NCBI RefSeq assembly: GCF_034180645.1
Contig: NZ_JAXFNY010000016.1
Location: 67,006-131,005, forward strand
Reading direction: 5' to 3'
Length of the DNA: 64,000 nucleotides
Source of the DNA: Mobiluncus sp.
GTDB taxonomy: Bacteria; Actinomycetota; Actinomycetes; Actinomycetales; Actinomycetaceae
Program-made: the position numbers and the translations under genes
Shown: positions 1 to 8,600 of the stretch, one piece after another
Layout of the letters: the number at the start of each line of letters is the position of its first letter
How positions within the stretch are numbered: position 1 is the stretch's first letter
The notes under the pieces: model-generated
What the model was told of the DNA's origin: nothing
The model's input: the letters and a program-made list of their open reading frames with translations, nothing else
The model's database searches: none

Positions 1-661
1 ACTCCACCCGGTACTGGGATACGGTGTTGGAAGGGGCGTCGTATTTCAGAACCTCGCCCTTCTCGGAGCGAGCGATAATCGGGGGTTCTTCATTGCGAGC
101 CACGACCCAAAAAACCGACTGGTTCTGTTTGGTCTTTCCGACAGAAACATCGAGGATTTCCGTGCGCGGCACCCCGGTTTCCACGCGGGAGTATTGCTTT
201 GTGAAGGCATTGGACCACTGGGCCATCTCCCGGCACTTCGTGCAGGCATTGGTGTAAACCTGGTTGGCGAAATGGGTATCGCTCGCCACAAAGCTGTAGT
301 ACATGGAGTAGGTAAAGTATTTCACCACTGTGGCCGCGCCGTCCACGGAAAACTCGTGGAAAAACTTCGGCTTGTCAAACGGTGCCACTTTCATCAACTG
401 ATCAGCGGGAATGGTCTGTAGGTCAGCGGGGGAAGGTTTGCCTTCGGTGGCCGCGGTATAGCGCGGCGCCGGTGCTCCGGGAATCGGGTCTTGGGTCGTT
501 TCAGGGGCGGCGGGTTCGACCAGAGGAATATCCGCGGTCATCATTTCCCGGGCGGTCCTCTCAGAGCCAGAAGCGCCAACCGCAGTACCGCATCCCGTCA
601 AGACCACAGCAGAGCACAGCATCACCAGCGATGCTTGTAAGATCCGCAGTTTCCCGACCAT
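1..661 (-). CDS. putative secreted lipoprotein (3' end runs off the window)
   Basis: Hand-translated minus strand from ATG at 661: MVGKLRILQASLVMLCSAVVLTGCGT..., a signal peptide plus L-T-G-C lipobox. The frame is open to position 1 with no stop, so it is absent from the ORF track, which lists closed ORFs only. Confidence 0.6.
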   Translation of the reverse strand, partial: MVGKLRILQASLVMLCSAVVLTGCGTAVGASGSERTAREMMTADIPLVEPAAPETTQDPIPGAPAPRYTAATEGKPSPADLQTIPADQLMKVAPFDKPKFFHEFSVDGAATVVKYFTYSMYYSFVASDTHFANQVYTNACTKCREMAQWSNAFTKQYSRVETGVPRTEILDVSVGKTKQNQSVFWVVARNEEPPIIARSEKGEVLKYDAPSNTVSQYRVE

Positions 662-852
662 GACGCTCCTTTCGAGGCACCATACTCTACACGTCCTTAA
701 AACATTGTATGTGTTATTGTAGGAAATTCATAGAATCAATCCAGCTTTTTCCCAGTTTTGTCAAGACATTCCCAGGAAACTATCCGTCCAGTTCAAAGGC
801 TCGATTTTTCGATATTTTAGAAAATCATTGGGAAATTTTTTAAATTGGGACT

Positions 853-1824
853 TTAGGCCCGGGGATGCGCCTGCAAATAAACCGCGCGGAGTTTGTCCAT
901 CGACAGATGCGTATAGCGCTGGGTTGTGGCTAGGCTGGCGTGCCCCAGGATTTCCTGGACACTGCGCAGATCCGCGCCGCCATCCAACAGGTGGGTAGCG
1001 GCGGTGTGACGCAGCCCGTGCGGTCCCAAGTCCGGGACTCCCGCCTGCGCGGTCAGCCGATGCAGCATGCCGCGGACTATCCGCGTATCCAGCACCCCAC
1101 CTTTTGCCCCCAGAAATACCCGGTTCAGCGCCGGTTTTTCCGGATTGACCAGGGCGGGGCGGCCTTTTTCCAGGTATTCTTCCATCGCCAGACCCGCGGG
1201 AATACCGTAGGGCACGACCCTCTGCTTGTCGCCTTTTCCCGTCACCCGGATAGTGCGCTGGCTTTTGTTGATGTTAGCTAGCTCCAGCCCGGTCAACTCA
1301 CTGACCCGAATGCCGGTGGCATAAAGCAGCTCCAATGCGGTCCAGTCCCGCAGTTTGACCGGATCGGGAGCAGCGGAGTCTTCCCGGTAAGCAGCGGCTC
1401 GAGCCGTTTCCAAGAGTTGCGCCGCATCAGCGGCCGACAGGACCGTGGGCAGGGCATTATCCGGCCGTGTTGCCCGCAGGTTTTGCCCAGCATCTCCCGG
1501 GACTATGCCGCGGACCTGCGCCCACGATGCAAAAGTGCGGAAGGACGCGACTCGGCGAGCCAGCGTGGCGCGGCTCATCCCCGCGCGGCTCATCGAACCC
1601 AGCCACGCTCGAATCCGGGCAGGATTAGCCAAATCCGCACGCAGCCGCGACACTCCAGAGTCATCCTCAGAATCCGAGTCGACCAGGAAAGTCATCAATT
1701 CCCGCAAATCCGTAAGATAGGCCCGCACGGTTTGCGGGGAAAGCCCCCGGTTTACGCTCAGCCATTGCCCAAAATCAGCGGTGATTTCCGAGGCGAAGTC
1801 CGCGGCTGGATGATTTTCACTCAC
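853..1824 (-). CDS. xerC: tyrosine site-specific recombinase XerC
   Basis: 323 aa. C-terminal catalytic motifs HGLRHTAATHLL and LGHASLATTQRYTH, plus an N-terminal core-binding domain. Adjacent to dprA, as in the conserved actinobacterial block. Confidence 0.9.
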   Translation of the reverse strand: MSENHPAADFASEITADFGQWLSVNRGLSPQTVRAYLTDLRELMTFLVDSDSEDDSGVSRLRADLANPARIRAWLGSMSRAGMSRATLARRVASFRTFASWAQVRGIVPGDAGQNLRATRPDNALPTVLSAADAAQLLETARAAAYREDSAAPDPVKLRDWTALELLYATGIRVSELTGLELANINKSQRTIRVTGKGDKQRVVPYGIPAGLAMEEYLEKGRPALVNPEKPALNRVFLGAKGGVLDTRIVRGMLHRLTAQAGVPDLGPHGLRHTAATHLLDGGADLRSVQEILGHASLATTQRYTHLSMDKLRAVYLQAHPRA

Positions 1825-1833
1825 CCCATGATT

Positions 1834-3219
1834 CTATCTGGCCATAGCAGTCGTCCCCAGGCGATACCGCCCGTTGCGGGTTTCGACCTTGCCGTCCAAC
1901 TCCATCAATCCCAGCTCGCTTTGCACCGCGCGAGTGCCCAAACCGGCGGCACGAGCCACCTGCTCTAAGGATTTCCACGCCGTTTTCGACAGGGAATCAA
2001 TAACTTTCACGCCGTCACTGCTCAATCCGGCAAAGAGCGAGGGCGCCGGGATTTGTCCGGCGGAGTTGCGCTGGGGTGCAGACGCTGCCGCCCCGGCATC
2101 GGCTTTGTTTGGGGCCACCCCGGCACCGAACACCTTTTGCTCCTGAGCGTTCAGCGGAAACATGAGTTCCATGATTTCCTCCGCATTCGTCACCAGGGCA
2201 GCGCCTTCACGAATCAGCCGATGGCATCCTGCCGAAGCAGTGGAGGTGACCAGTCCGGGCACCGCAGCGACCTGACGTCCCTGCTCTGCGCCATGATTGG
2301 CGGTAGACATCGCCCCGGAACGCTCACCGGCTTCAACGACCACTACGACTTGAGACAGAGCCGAAATGATGCGGTTCCTGGTCAAAAACAGGTGTTTGGC
2401 GGGACGCTGGGAGGGCGGGGCTTCGCTGACAATCGCCCCGGTTTGCTGAATTTGGGAAAACAGCCGCGCATTCATGGCCGGGTACAGCTCGCCCAACCCA
2501 CCAGCCTGGACACTGATAGTTTTGCCTCGTGAGGCGAGCGCCCCTTGGTGAGCGGCCGCGTCGATCCCATAGGCTCCACCACTGACGACCCAGATGCCAC
2601 GTTCCCCCAGTTCATAAGCGATTTCCTGGGCTATATCCGTTCCGTAGTGGGTCGCGCAACGCGCCCCCACCAGGGCTACTGCCCCCTCTGATGCCAGCGC
2701 CAGCAAAGCCCGCGGATTGCCCCGCACCCACAGCGCCAACGGCGCCACCATTCCCAGGTCGTCTGCCATCGTCGGCCAAGCCGCGTCACCGGGCACCACC
2801 AATGTGCCGCCGTCTCGGCTCAGCAGCTGATATTCCATCTCTAAGTTGAGTTCCCGCAACCGCAAAGCCCAGCCCTCAATTTGCGCCACCGATGCCGGAA
2901 GTTTCACGGGTTGAAACACGGTGCGAATCATCATGTCATCGATTTCCGGCAGCCTGCCCGCCAAAAATTTCACCCGTTCCAAGGCTTCCATGACCCCGAA
3001 ATGCCCGATAACCTGGCCTACGATGGGCTCTCCCGGCTGGGCGATAGCGGTCCAGACTGCCCGAGCCCGGCGCTCTTCCGGTCTCGGCCCAGATGCGGCC
3101 GAATCCGCCGACGACACCGTGGCACCTGTGGGCGGGTTCGACAGTTCCTCCGGTACGTTATCCGGCGCCTCCGTTTCGGTGTCTGTGGGTAGTTCCTCGG
3201 TAAGGCTCAACGTTTCCAT
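1834..3219 (-). CDS. dprA: DNA-processing protein DprA
   Basis: 461 aa. DprA Rossmann core (GIWVVSGGAYGIDAAAHQGAL, FLTRNRIISAL) and a C-terminal winged-helix-like tail. The N-terminal ~60 aa are low complexity. Confidence 0.9.
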   Translation of the reverse strand: METLSLTEELPTDTETEAPDNVPEELSNPPTGATVSSADSAASGPRPEERRARAVWTAIAQPGEPIVGQVIGHFGVMEALERVKFLAGRLPEIDDMMIRTVFQPVKLPASVAQIEGWALRLRELNLEMEYQLLSRDGGTLVVPGDAAWPTMADDLGMVAPLALWVRGNPRALLALASEGAVALVGARCATHYGTDIAQEIAYELGERGIWVVSGGAYGIDAAAHQGALASRGKTISVQAGGLGELYPAMNARLFSQIQQTGAIVSEAPPSQRPAKHLFLTRNRIISALSQVVVVVEAGERSGAMSTANHGAEQGRQVAAVPGLVTSTASAGCHRLIREGAALVTNAEEIMELMFPLNAQEQKVFGAGVAPNKADAGAAASAPQRNSAGQIPAPSLFAGLSSDGVKVIDSLSKTAWKSLEQVARAAGLGTRAVQSELGLMELDGKVETRNGRYRLGTTAMAR

Positions 3220-3229
3220 GGGTTTCCTT

Positions 3230-4798
3230 TCATTCGGGCAGGCTGAATCCTTCGTTTTGGCGGCGCAACGTCATCGCAGTTCCCAGCTCGGGCAATCCCG
3301 GAACGGTTTTTCCGCTCAAATCGGCAACGGTCCAGGCCAGGCGCAAGACCCGTTGCGCTCCCCGCATGGACAGGCGACCCCGTTCCACCACGGTGTCGAC
3401 CCGTCCAATCAGCTCACGAGTGAAACCACCTTCGGGTTGACGCAAAAACGGTCCGGGAATTTCCCGATTCAAATCCCACCCTCGGTCCTTCCACCGCTCT
3501 CGCTGCACGTCACGAGCGCGTTGCACCCGCGCCGCTACCACCGCCGTCGTATCAGCAGGTTTCGCTCCCGCTAACGAACCACGGCCCGGAGATTCCACCT
3601 GAATTTGGATATCCATGCGATCCAGCAGCGGCCCGCTCAACCGTTCCAGATATCGTTTGCGCGAATATGGTGTGCAGGTACAGGTGGCTCGCCGACTGCC
3701 AGCATTACCGCAGGGGCAGGGATTAGCGGCCATAATGAGTTGGAATCGAGCCGGATATTGGGCTGCGCCCGCCGCCCGATGCAGGGTGATTTCCCCGTTT
3801 TCCAACGGTTCTCGGAGGGAATCCAAGACCCGCGCCCCAAACTCGGGAGCCTCGTCCAGGAACAATACTCCCCGGTGAGCCAGGGAAGCGGCACCCGGAC
3901 GCGGCACTCCCGAGCCTCCTCCCACCATCGCCGCCAGTGTCGCCGAATGATGCGGAGCTTGGAAGGGAGGTTGGCGAATCAGTCCGTCCTGCGCAGACAG
4001 CGTTCCCGCTAGGGAATGCAAGGCTGTGACCTCGACAGATTGTTCCACGTCCAAGGGCGGGAGGATACCGGGCAGCCGCGAGGCCAGCATGGTTTTTCCC
4101 GAGCCGGGAGTGCCAATCATCAGCAGGTGGTGGCCGCCCGCGGCCGCCACTTCCATCGCTTGACAGGCGGCGGCTTGGCCGCGAATGTCAGAAAAATCCC
4201 CGCCTGGGCCAAAGGCAGGTGCCGGGGTACTTTCCCCGTCCTCTGCCCCCGCCGACTCCTCCGGCGGGGGCAGAGGCATCATCAAGTCTCCCCCCAATAA
4301 CTCGATGACTTGCCCCAGGTGATGCACCCCCACCACATCCACCCCAGGCACCAGGGAAGCCTCAGCAAAGTTCGCTTGCGGCACCAAAATCTGAGTTTTT
4401 CCGGTTTTCATGGCTCCGATGACACTGGGCAAAATGCCCCGGATTCCAATGACACGACCGTCCAAGCCCAGCTCTCCCAGCATGATGCACTGCCCGGCTC
4501 GACTGCGTGAAATGACCCCCATCGCAGCCAAAACGCTGACCGCCATCGCCAGGTCGTAACCGGAGCCGGTTTTCGGCAGCGACGCCGGGGACAGATTCAA
4601 CACGACCCGCGTTCCCGGCCATTCATACAGGCAGCTGGTCACCGCGGCACGAACCCGGTCTTTGGCTTCCCGCACCGCCGTGTCTGGCAGCCCGACCAGG
4701 CTGTAGGCGGTCATCCCGTCGGAAATATGGGCTTCTACCCGAACCGGGCGCGCCTCCATCCCCACCAAACAAATTGACCAGGCAAATCCCGAACTCAT
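3230..4798 (-). CDS. comM: YifB/ComM family Mg-chelatase-like AAA ATPase
   Basis: Walker A GTPGSGKT, Lon-protease-like N-domain, ChlI-type core. I chose the ATG at 4798 (MSSGFAWSICLVG...), which overlaps the yraN stop as ATGA, rather than the track start at 4912. Confidence 0.9.
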   Translation of the reverse strand: MSSGFAWSICLVGMEARPVRVEAHISDGMTAYSLVGLPDTAVREAKDRVRAAVTSCLYEWPGTRVVLNLSPASLPKTGSGYDLAMAVSVLAAMGVISRSRAGQCIMLGELGLDGRVIGIRGILPSVIGAMKTGKTQILVPQANFAEASLVPGVDVVGVHHLGQVIELLGGDLMMPLPPPEESAGAEDGESTPAPAFGPGGDFSDIRGQAAACQAMEVAAAGGHHLLMIGTPGSGKTMLASRLPGILPPLDVEQSVEVTALHSLAGTLSAQDGLIRQPPFQAPHHSATLAAMVGGGSGVPRPGAASLAHRGVLFLDEAPEFGARVLDSLREPLENGEITLHRAAGAAQYPARFQLIMAANPCPCGNAGSRRATCTCTPYSRKRYLERLSGPLLDRMDIQIQVESPGRGSLAGAKPADTTAVVAARVQRARDVQRERWKDRGWDLNREIPGPFLRQPEGGFTRELIGRVDTVVERGRLSMRGAQRVLRLAWTVADLSGKTVPGLPELGTAMTLRRQNEGFSLPE

Positions 4799-5286
4799 TT
4801 CAACCCCTGGAGATGTTTCACAACGGGTTCGCCGCGCCCGTCCCAATCCACGCTGCACAAATCCAGGCTGACCGCCCGGTGCGCGGGAACAATATCGCGC
4901 TGCGCCAGCCAAGACCCCATGACCCGGCGCATCCGCGCCAGCTTTTTCATGGTGATGGCCTCGATAGGCATCCCGTGCCGGTGATTGGAACGAGTCTTAA
5001 CCTCGATAAAACCCAGGACTCCCTCGGGACTGAGGGCTACTATGTCGACTTCCCCGGCTCGACATCGCCAATTGCGGTCCACAATGACGTATCCCTCAGC
5101 TTTGAGAGACTTAACCGCGACTTCCTCCCCAGCCATGCCCAGCTGTCGATTGTGCAGGTTTTTCCCCGACTGTGGGGCATCATGCCCCGCGGTCCGCGGC
5201 GCAGGGTCACCGGCTTTACAGCGGCACCGAGCGTCCGTTCCGGTAGTGACTTTATGACTGGTTTCAACGGTATTTGCGTAGCTCAT
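4795..5286 (-). CDS. yraN: YraN family (UPF0102) endonuclease-like protein
   Basis: Motif DRNWRCRAGEVDIVA...GFIEVKTR is typical of UPF0102. The N-terminal ~45 aa are uncertain and the true start may be internal. Confidence 0.8.
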   Translation of the reverse strand: MSYANTVETSHKVTTGTDARCRCKAGDPAPRTAGHDAPQSGKNLHNRQLGMAGEEVAVKSLKAEGYVIVDRNWRCRAGEVDIVALSPEGVLGFIEVKTRSNHRHGMPIEAITMKKLARMRRVMGSWLAQRDIVPAHRAVSLDLCSVDWDGRGEPVVKHLQGLK

Positions 5287-5447
5287 GGACTCAGCTTCGC
5301 GCGCCCGACCCCACCGACCAAGCCCAAAAATCTTTACCTGTGGAAAACCGACTTATCCACAACCCTAAAAACGGCGGAAATCCACCAATCGACCCGAGTT
5401 AATGAATTGTGGCTACTAGAAACGGGGCTTAAACAGCCGCCCGCTAC

Positions 5448-5759
5448 CTATGGAATCTCAATTTCTGGCTTCGCCAGTTCCTCCACGTTAACATCTTTAA
5501 AGGTCAGGACCCGCACGTTTTGCACAAAACGCGAGGAGCGGTAGACATCCCAAACCCAGGCATCCTCCAAAGTAATCTCAAAGAACACGTCCCCGCCGGC
5601 ATTATTGTGAGTGGTGACGTCAACCTTGTTCGCCAGATAAAACCGCCGGTCAGTTTCCACAACATAGCTAAACAGGGAAATCACATCGCGATATTCTCGG
5701 TATAAATCCAGTTCTAGCCCATTTTCATAGGACTCAATATCGTCGTTGTTGACCATCAC
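5448..5759 (-). CDS. DUF2469 domain protein
   Basis: 103 aa. Resembles, along its full length, the small conserved actinobacterial protein found between rnhB and yraN (Rv2901c-like), as I remember that family. Confidence 0.8.
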   Translation of the reverse strand: MMVNNDDIESYENGLELDLYREYRDVISLFSYVVETDRRFYLANKVDVTTHNNAGGDVFFEITLEDAWVWDVYRSSRFVQNVRVLTFKDVNVEELAKPEIEIP

Positions 5760-5782
5760 ACAACCTTTCGTACTCCTCTACC

Positions 5783-6490
5783 CTACCGGAGCTTCCAAGT
5801 TTTGCGATGCCAAACACTCGTGCCCAATTCAGCCAGCGCGGCTCGATGGGCGGCAGTGCCGTAACCGACATTTTTCGCCCAGCCGTAACCGGGGTCACGC
5901 AAGCTGCGCATGAACGCGTCCCGATACACTTTCGCCAGCACGGAAGCGCCAGCGATTACGGCGGCTGTCCCGTCCCCCTTCACCAGGGTTTCCACTCTGA
6001 CTTCCGGGGAGCTCACCAGGTTTCCCGCCCCGGCAAACAGGTCTGGTTGTTCCGGTGGCGCCAGATAGTCGAAGTTCCCATCCAATCCCAGGATTTGCGG
6101 CAGGTGTCCGCGGGCGTCCAGCTCATTGATAGCGCGCCACCCCGCCAGACGCAGCGCTGGCATAATCCCCAATTCGTCGATTTCCGTATTGGAAGCCTGT
6201 CCGATGGCAAAGTCCCTGACCCAGGCGCGGATGGGATCTTGCAACGCCAAGCGGCGACGTTCCGTCAACTGTTTGGAATCGTTCAATCCGGTGGGGAAAC
6301 CCTGGGGAAATTCCGGGTTCTCCAGGCTGAGCTGGTCTATCACTGCCACCCCCACACAAACCGGACCAGCTAGCGCACCGCGCCCGACCTCGTCCATCCC
6401 ACCAATCAGCGGGAGGCGTCCCCTCGGACTGTCGCCTCCGTGCTTCGCCAATGCGGCCAGAGCCGCGGTTTCCCAAGATAAATCAACCAC
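5783..6490 (-). CDS. rnhB: ribonuclease HII
   Basis: 235 aa. Active-site region GMDEVGRGALAGPV and DSKQL motif. Conserved position next to lepB. Confidence 0.9.
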   Translation of the reverse strand: MVDLSWETAALAALAKHGGDSPRGRLPLIGGMDEVGRGALAGPVCVGVAVIDQLSLENPEFPQGFPTGLNDSKQLTERRRLALQDPIRAWVRDFAIGQASNTEIDELGIMPALRLAGWRAINELDARGHLPQILGLDGNFDYLAPPEQPDLFAGAGNLVSSPEVRVETLVKGDGTAAVIAGASVLAKVYRDAFMRSLRDPGYGWAKNVGYGTAAHRAALAELGTSVWHRKTWKLR

Positions 6491-6500
6491 CGCGCAAGCC

Positions 6501-7841
6501 TTAACGCGAAAGGGGTGGTGTTTCGTCCGCTTCAGAACTGAATTCGTCAGTCGGGGCGGCTGGCTTAGGTATGTTATAAAAAGCGCAGCTGGGCGTAATG
6601 AACTTCATCCGTTCAATCGGCCAGATTACGACGAAAGCGCGACCCACCACGTTGGATTCAGAAACGAAACCGCGCGAAGGCTTGTCTTGATGCCAACGGG
6701 AATCAGCGGAGTGGGGCCGGTTATCCCCCATCACCCACAGCGAATTTTTCGGCACCACTACGGAAAATTCTATGTCTGAAGAGACCCCGGTCTTGGGGAT
6801 ATAGTCCTCGTCGATGGCTTTGCCGTTGATATTCATCAACCCGTCCTCGTCGCAGCAAGACACGTCATCGCCGGACACTCCGATGACACGTTTAATCAGG
6901 TAGCCCTGGGAGTCTTCAGGCAGCAAGCCCACAAAAATCCCGAAGGTCTTAATCTTGGTAGCAATCTGGAACGGAGTTTTATCAGGAGGACGTTCGCGCA
7001 TCTGCTCGGCAGCGGTTTCACTCCAGCCTTCCACGTCTTTAAAAACTATGATGTCGCCGCGATTGATGTCACCGTGCCGGGCAGAAAACTTGTTGACCAG
7101 CACAGAATCATTAATCATCAGGGTTTTTTCCATGGACTGCGAGGGAATAAAAAAGGGCTGCAACAGGAACAGTCGAACCAGCGAACTGATGGCCAGAGCC
7201 GTAATTACCACTGCGATGAACTCAAAATACCAGGGTAAATCCAGGCTCAGATGCGGACGTTCCAAAGCGTCGAAGTTGGCTCTCGCCCCGGTGGGCAGGG
7301 CTCTCATGCCCCTCAATCCGGGAACCTTGGCGCCACGCCTGTGTTCCGTTGCGTTGTCCTCATCATCGAGTTGGAAATCAGTTTCATCGTCGTCGTCCTT
7401 CAGGAAATCTTTTTCTCCAGGATTCTCGGGCGATTCTTCATCTTCGGGCTGCATACCAGGAAAAGGCATCTCGCCGTAGGGTGGGAAAGGCATCCCTGGA
7501 AACGGCCCCATCCCCGCTGGAGGAAGTCCTGGAGGCATCGGCATTGGCGCCATCCCGTTGGGATCCATACCGAGAAAATCCGTCGCGTCCGGGAAAGCTG
7601 ACTGCGGGGGGTATCCTCCCGGAAAAGCCTCTGGCGGGAATGGCATCCCGGCTCCGCCCGGTGCGTACATCCCGTATTCACCGGGCATCGACCCACCGGG
7701 GGAGCCTTCGTAACCGGGAGGGTAGGATACGGGCAGGGTTCCGGCCCCAACAAATTGTGGATTCATGCCGAAGCCGTCTGGGGAAGCACCCGAGAACTGC
7801 GCGTCTCGGTTGGCATTCTCAGGCTGCGGGGGCATCGTCAT
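6501..7841 (-). CDS. lepB: signal peptidase I with ~200-aa Pro/Gly/Met-rich N-terminal extension
   Basis: S26 boxes SQSMEKTL (Ser), LIKRVIG (Lys) and GDNRPHSADSR. A single TM (WYFEFIAVVITALAISSLV) follows a long low-complexity cytoplasmic region. Confidence 0.9.
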   Translation of the reverse strand: MTMPPQPENANRDAQFSGASPDGFGMNPQFVGAGTLPVSYPPGYEGSPGGSMPGEYGMYAPGGAGMPFPPEAFPGGYPPQSAFPDATDFLGMDPNGMAPMPMPPGLPPAGMGPFPGMPFPPYGEMPFPGMQPEDEESPENPGEKDFLKDDDDETDFQLDDEDNATEHRRGAKVPGLRGMRALPTGARANFDALERPHLSLDLPWYFEFIAVVITALAISSLVRLFLLQPFFIPSQSMEKTLMINDSVLVNKFSARHGDINRGDIIVFKDVEGWSETAAEQMRERPPDKTPFQIATKIKTFGIFVGLLPEDSQGYLIKRVIGVSGDDVSCCDEDGLMNINGKAIDEDYIPKTGVSSDIEFSVVVPKNSLWVMGDNRPHSADSRWHQDKPSRGFVSESNVVGRAFVVIWPIERMKFITPSCAFYNIPKPAAPTDEFSSEADETPPLSR

Positions 7842-7863
7842 AACAAAAAGAATAGCGTAAAAG

Positions 7864-7906
7864 CCTAAAGGAAGCCCAAACTACTTCGGTTCGAGCTTCC
7901 TTTAGG
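7864..7906 (-). terminator. 12-bp-stem hairpin between rplS and lepB (possible terminator or attenuator)
   Basis: CCTAAAGGAAGC (7864-7875) pairs perfectly with GCTTCCTTTAGG (7895-7906). On the minus strand it is followed by CTTTTACGCTATTCTTTTT. Confidence 0.45.
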
Positions 7907-8009
7907 ATGAATTTTTGTGGCAGATGCCGCCTTGACTTTTTGACTGTACCAGCGGGTTTTTCACATTGCTCCAGCTGGAAGCCGGCGACTGCCGCAGAAT
8001 TATTGCGAG

Positions 8010-8357
8010 TTAGCGCTTTTCAACGACCTTAGCCGCCTTGCCATGGCGATCACGCAGGTAGTACAGCTTGGCACGGCGCACATCGCCGCGGGTCACTACC
8101 TCAATCTTGTCCACAGTCGGGGCGTGCAACGGGAAAGTACGTTCCACACCGGTGCCGAAGGACAGCTTCCGCACGGTGAAGGTTTCTCCCACACCGCCGC
8201 CGTGACGAGCGATGACTACGCCCTGGAAAATCTGGATACGGGAGCGGTTTCCCTCGATAACCTTTACGTGAACCTTTACGGTATCGCCCGGACGAAAATC
8301 CGGAACGTCCTCACGCATTACGGCCTTGCCGATTTCCTCAACCAGAGGCTTCTGCAT
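8010..8357 (-). CDS. rplS: 50S ribosomal protein L19
   Basis: 115 aa with typical L19 sequence ([29 protein letters not shown]...). Conserved synteny with trmD. Confidence 0.95.
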   Translation of the reverse strand: MQKPLVEEIGKAVMREDVPDFRPGDTVKVHVKVIEGNRSRIQIFQGVVIARHGGGVGETFTVRKLSFGTGVERTFPLHAPTVDKIEVVTRGDVRRAKLYYLRDRHGKAAKVVEKR

Positions 8358-8374
8358 TGTTTCTCCTTGACGCT

Positions 8375-8459
8375 CCTGCCACAGGTCAAAAACGTCTCAC
8401 TGCGGGCACCCTCAGTGCCGATGGTGTTTTGCTTCGCTATCGGGTCCCCCTGTGGCAGG
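8375..8459 (-). promoter_or_regulatory. structured 5' leader of rplS (candidate autoregulatory element)
   Basis: An 11-bp perfect inverted repeat, CCTGCCACAGG (8375-8385) and CCTGTGGCAGG (8449-8459), encloses an inner hairpin GGCAC/GTGCC. It lies directly upstream of the rplS SD and start. Confidence 0.3.
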
Positions 8460-8600
8460 TTGCCCGCGAAGCCGTACCATTTTGCCACAAACTCGGGCCG
8501 GAACGCCACTTTTGCCGTTTCGTGCTCGATTCATCCACCCTCACCCTGCCTGCTTCGCGAGCCGCACAAAACCGCACCGAACCCACGAAATATGCCTCTA

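Noticed and set aside
24-663. Four short plus- and minus-strand ORFs listed in the first 660 nt
   Set aside because: A single uninterrupted minus-strand frame with a signal peptide and lipobox explains the region better. The listed ORFs overlap it in other frames.
4799-4912. 38-codon N-terminal extension of comM in the ORF track
   Set aside because: It would overlap yraN. The internal ATG at 4798 gives the classic ATGA stop/start coupling and the conserved ComM N-terminus.
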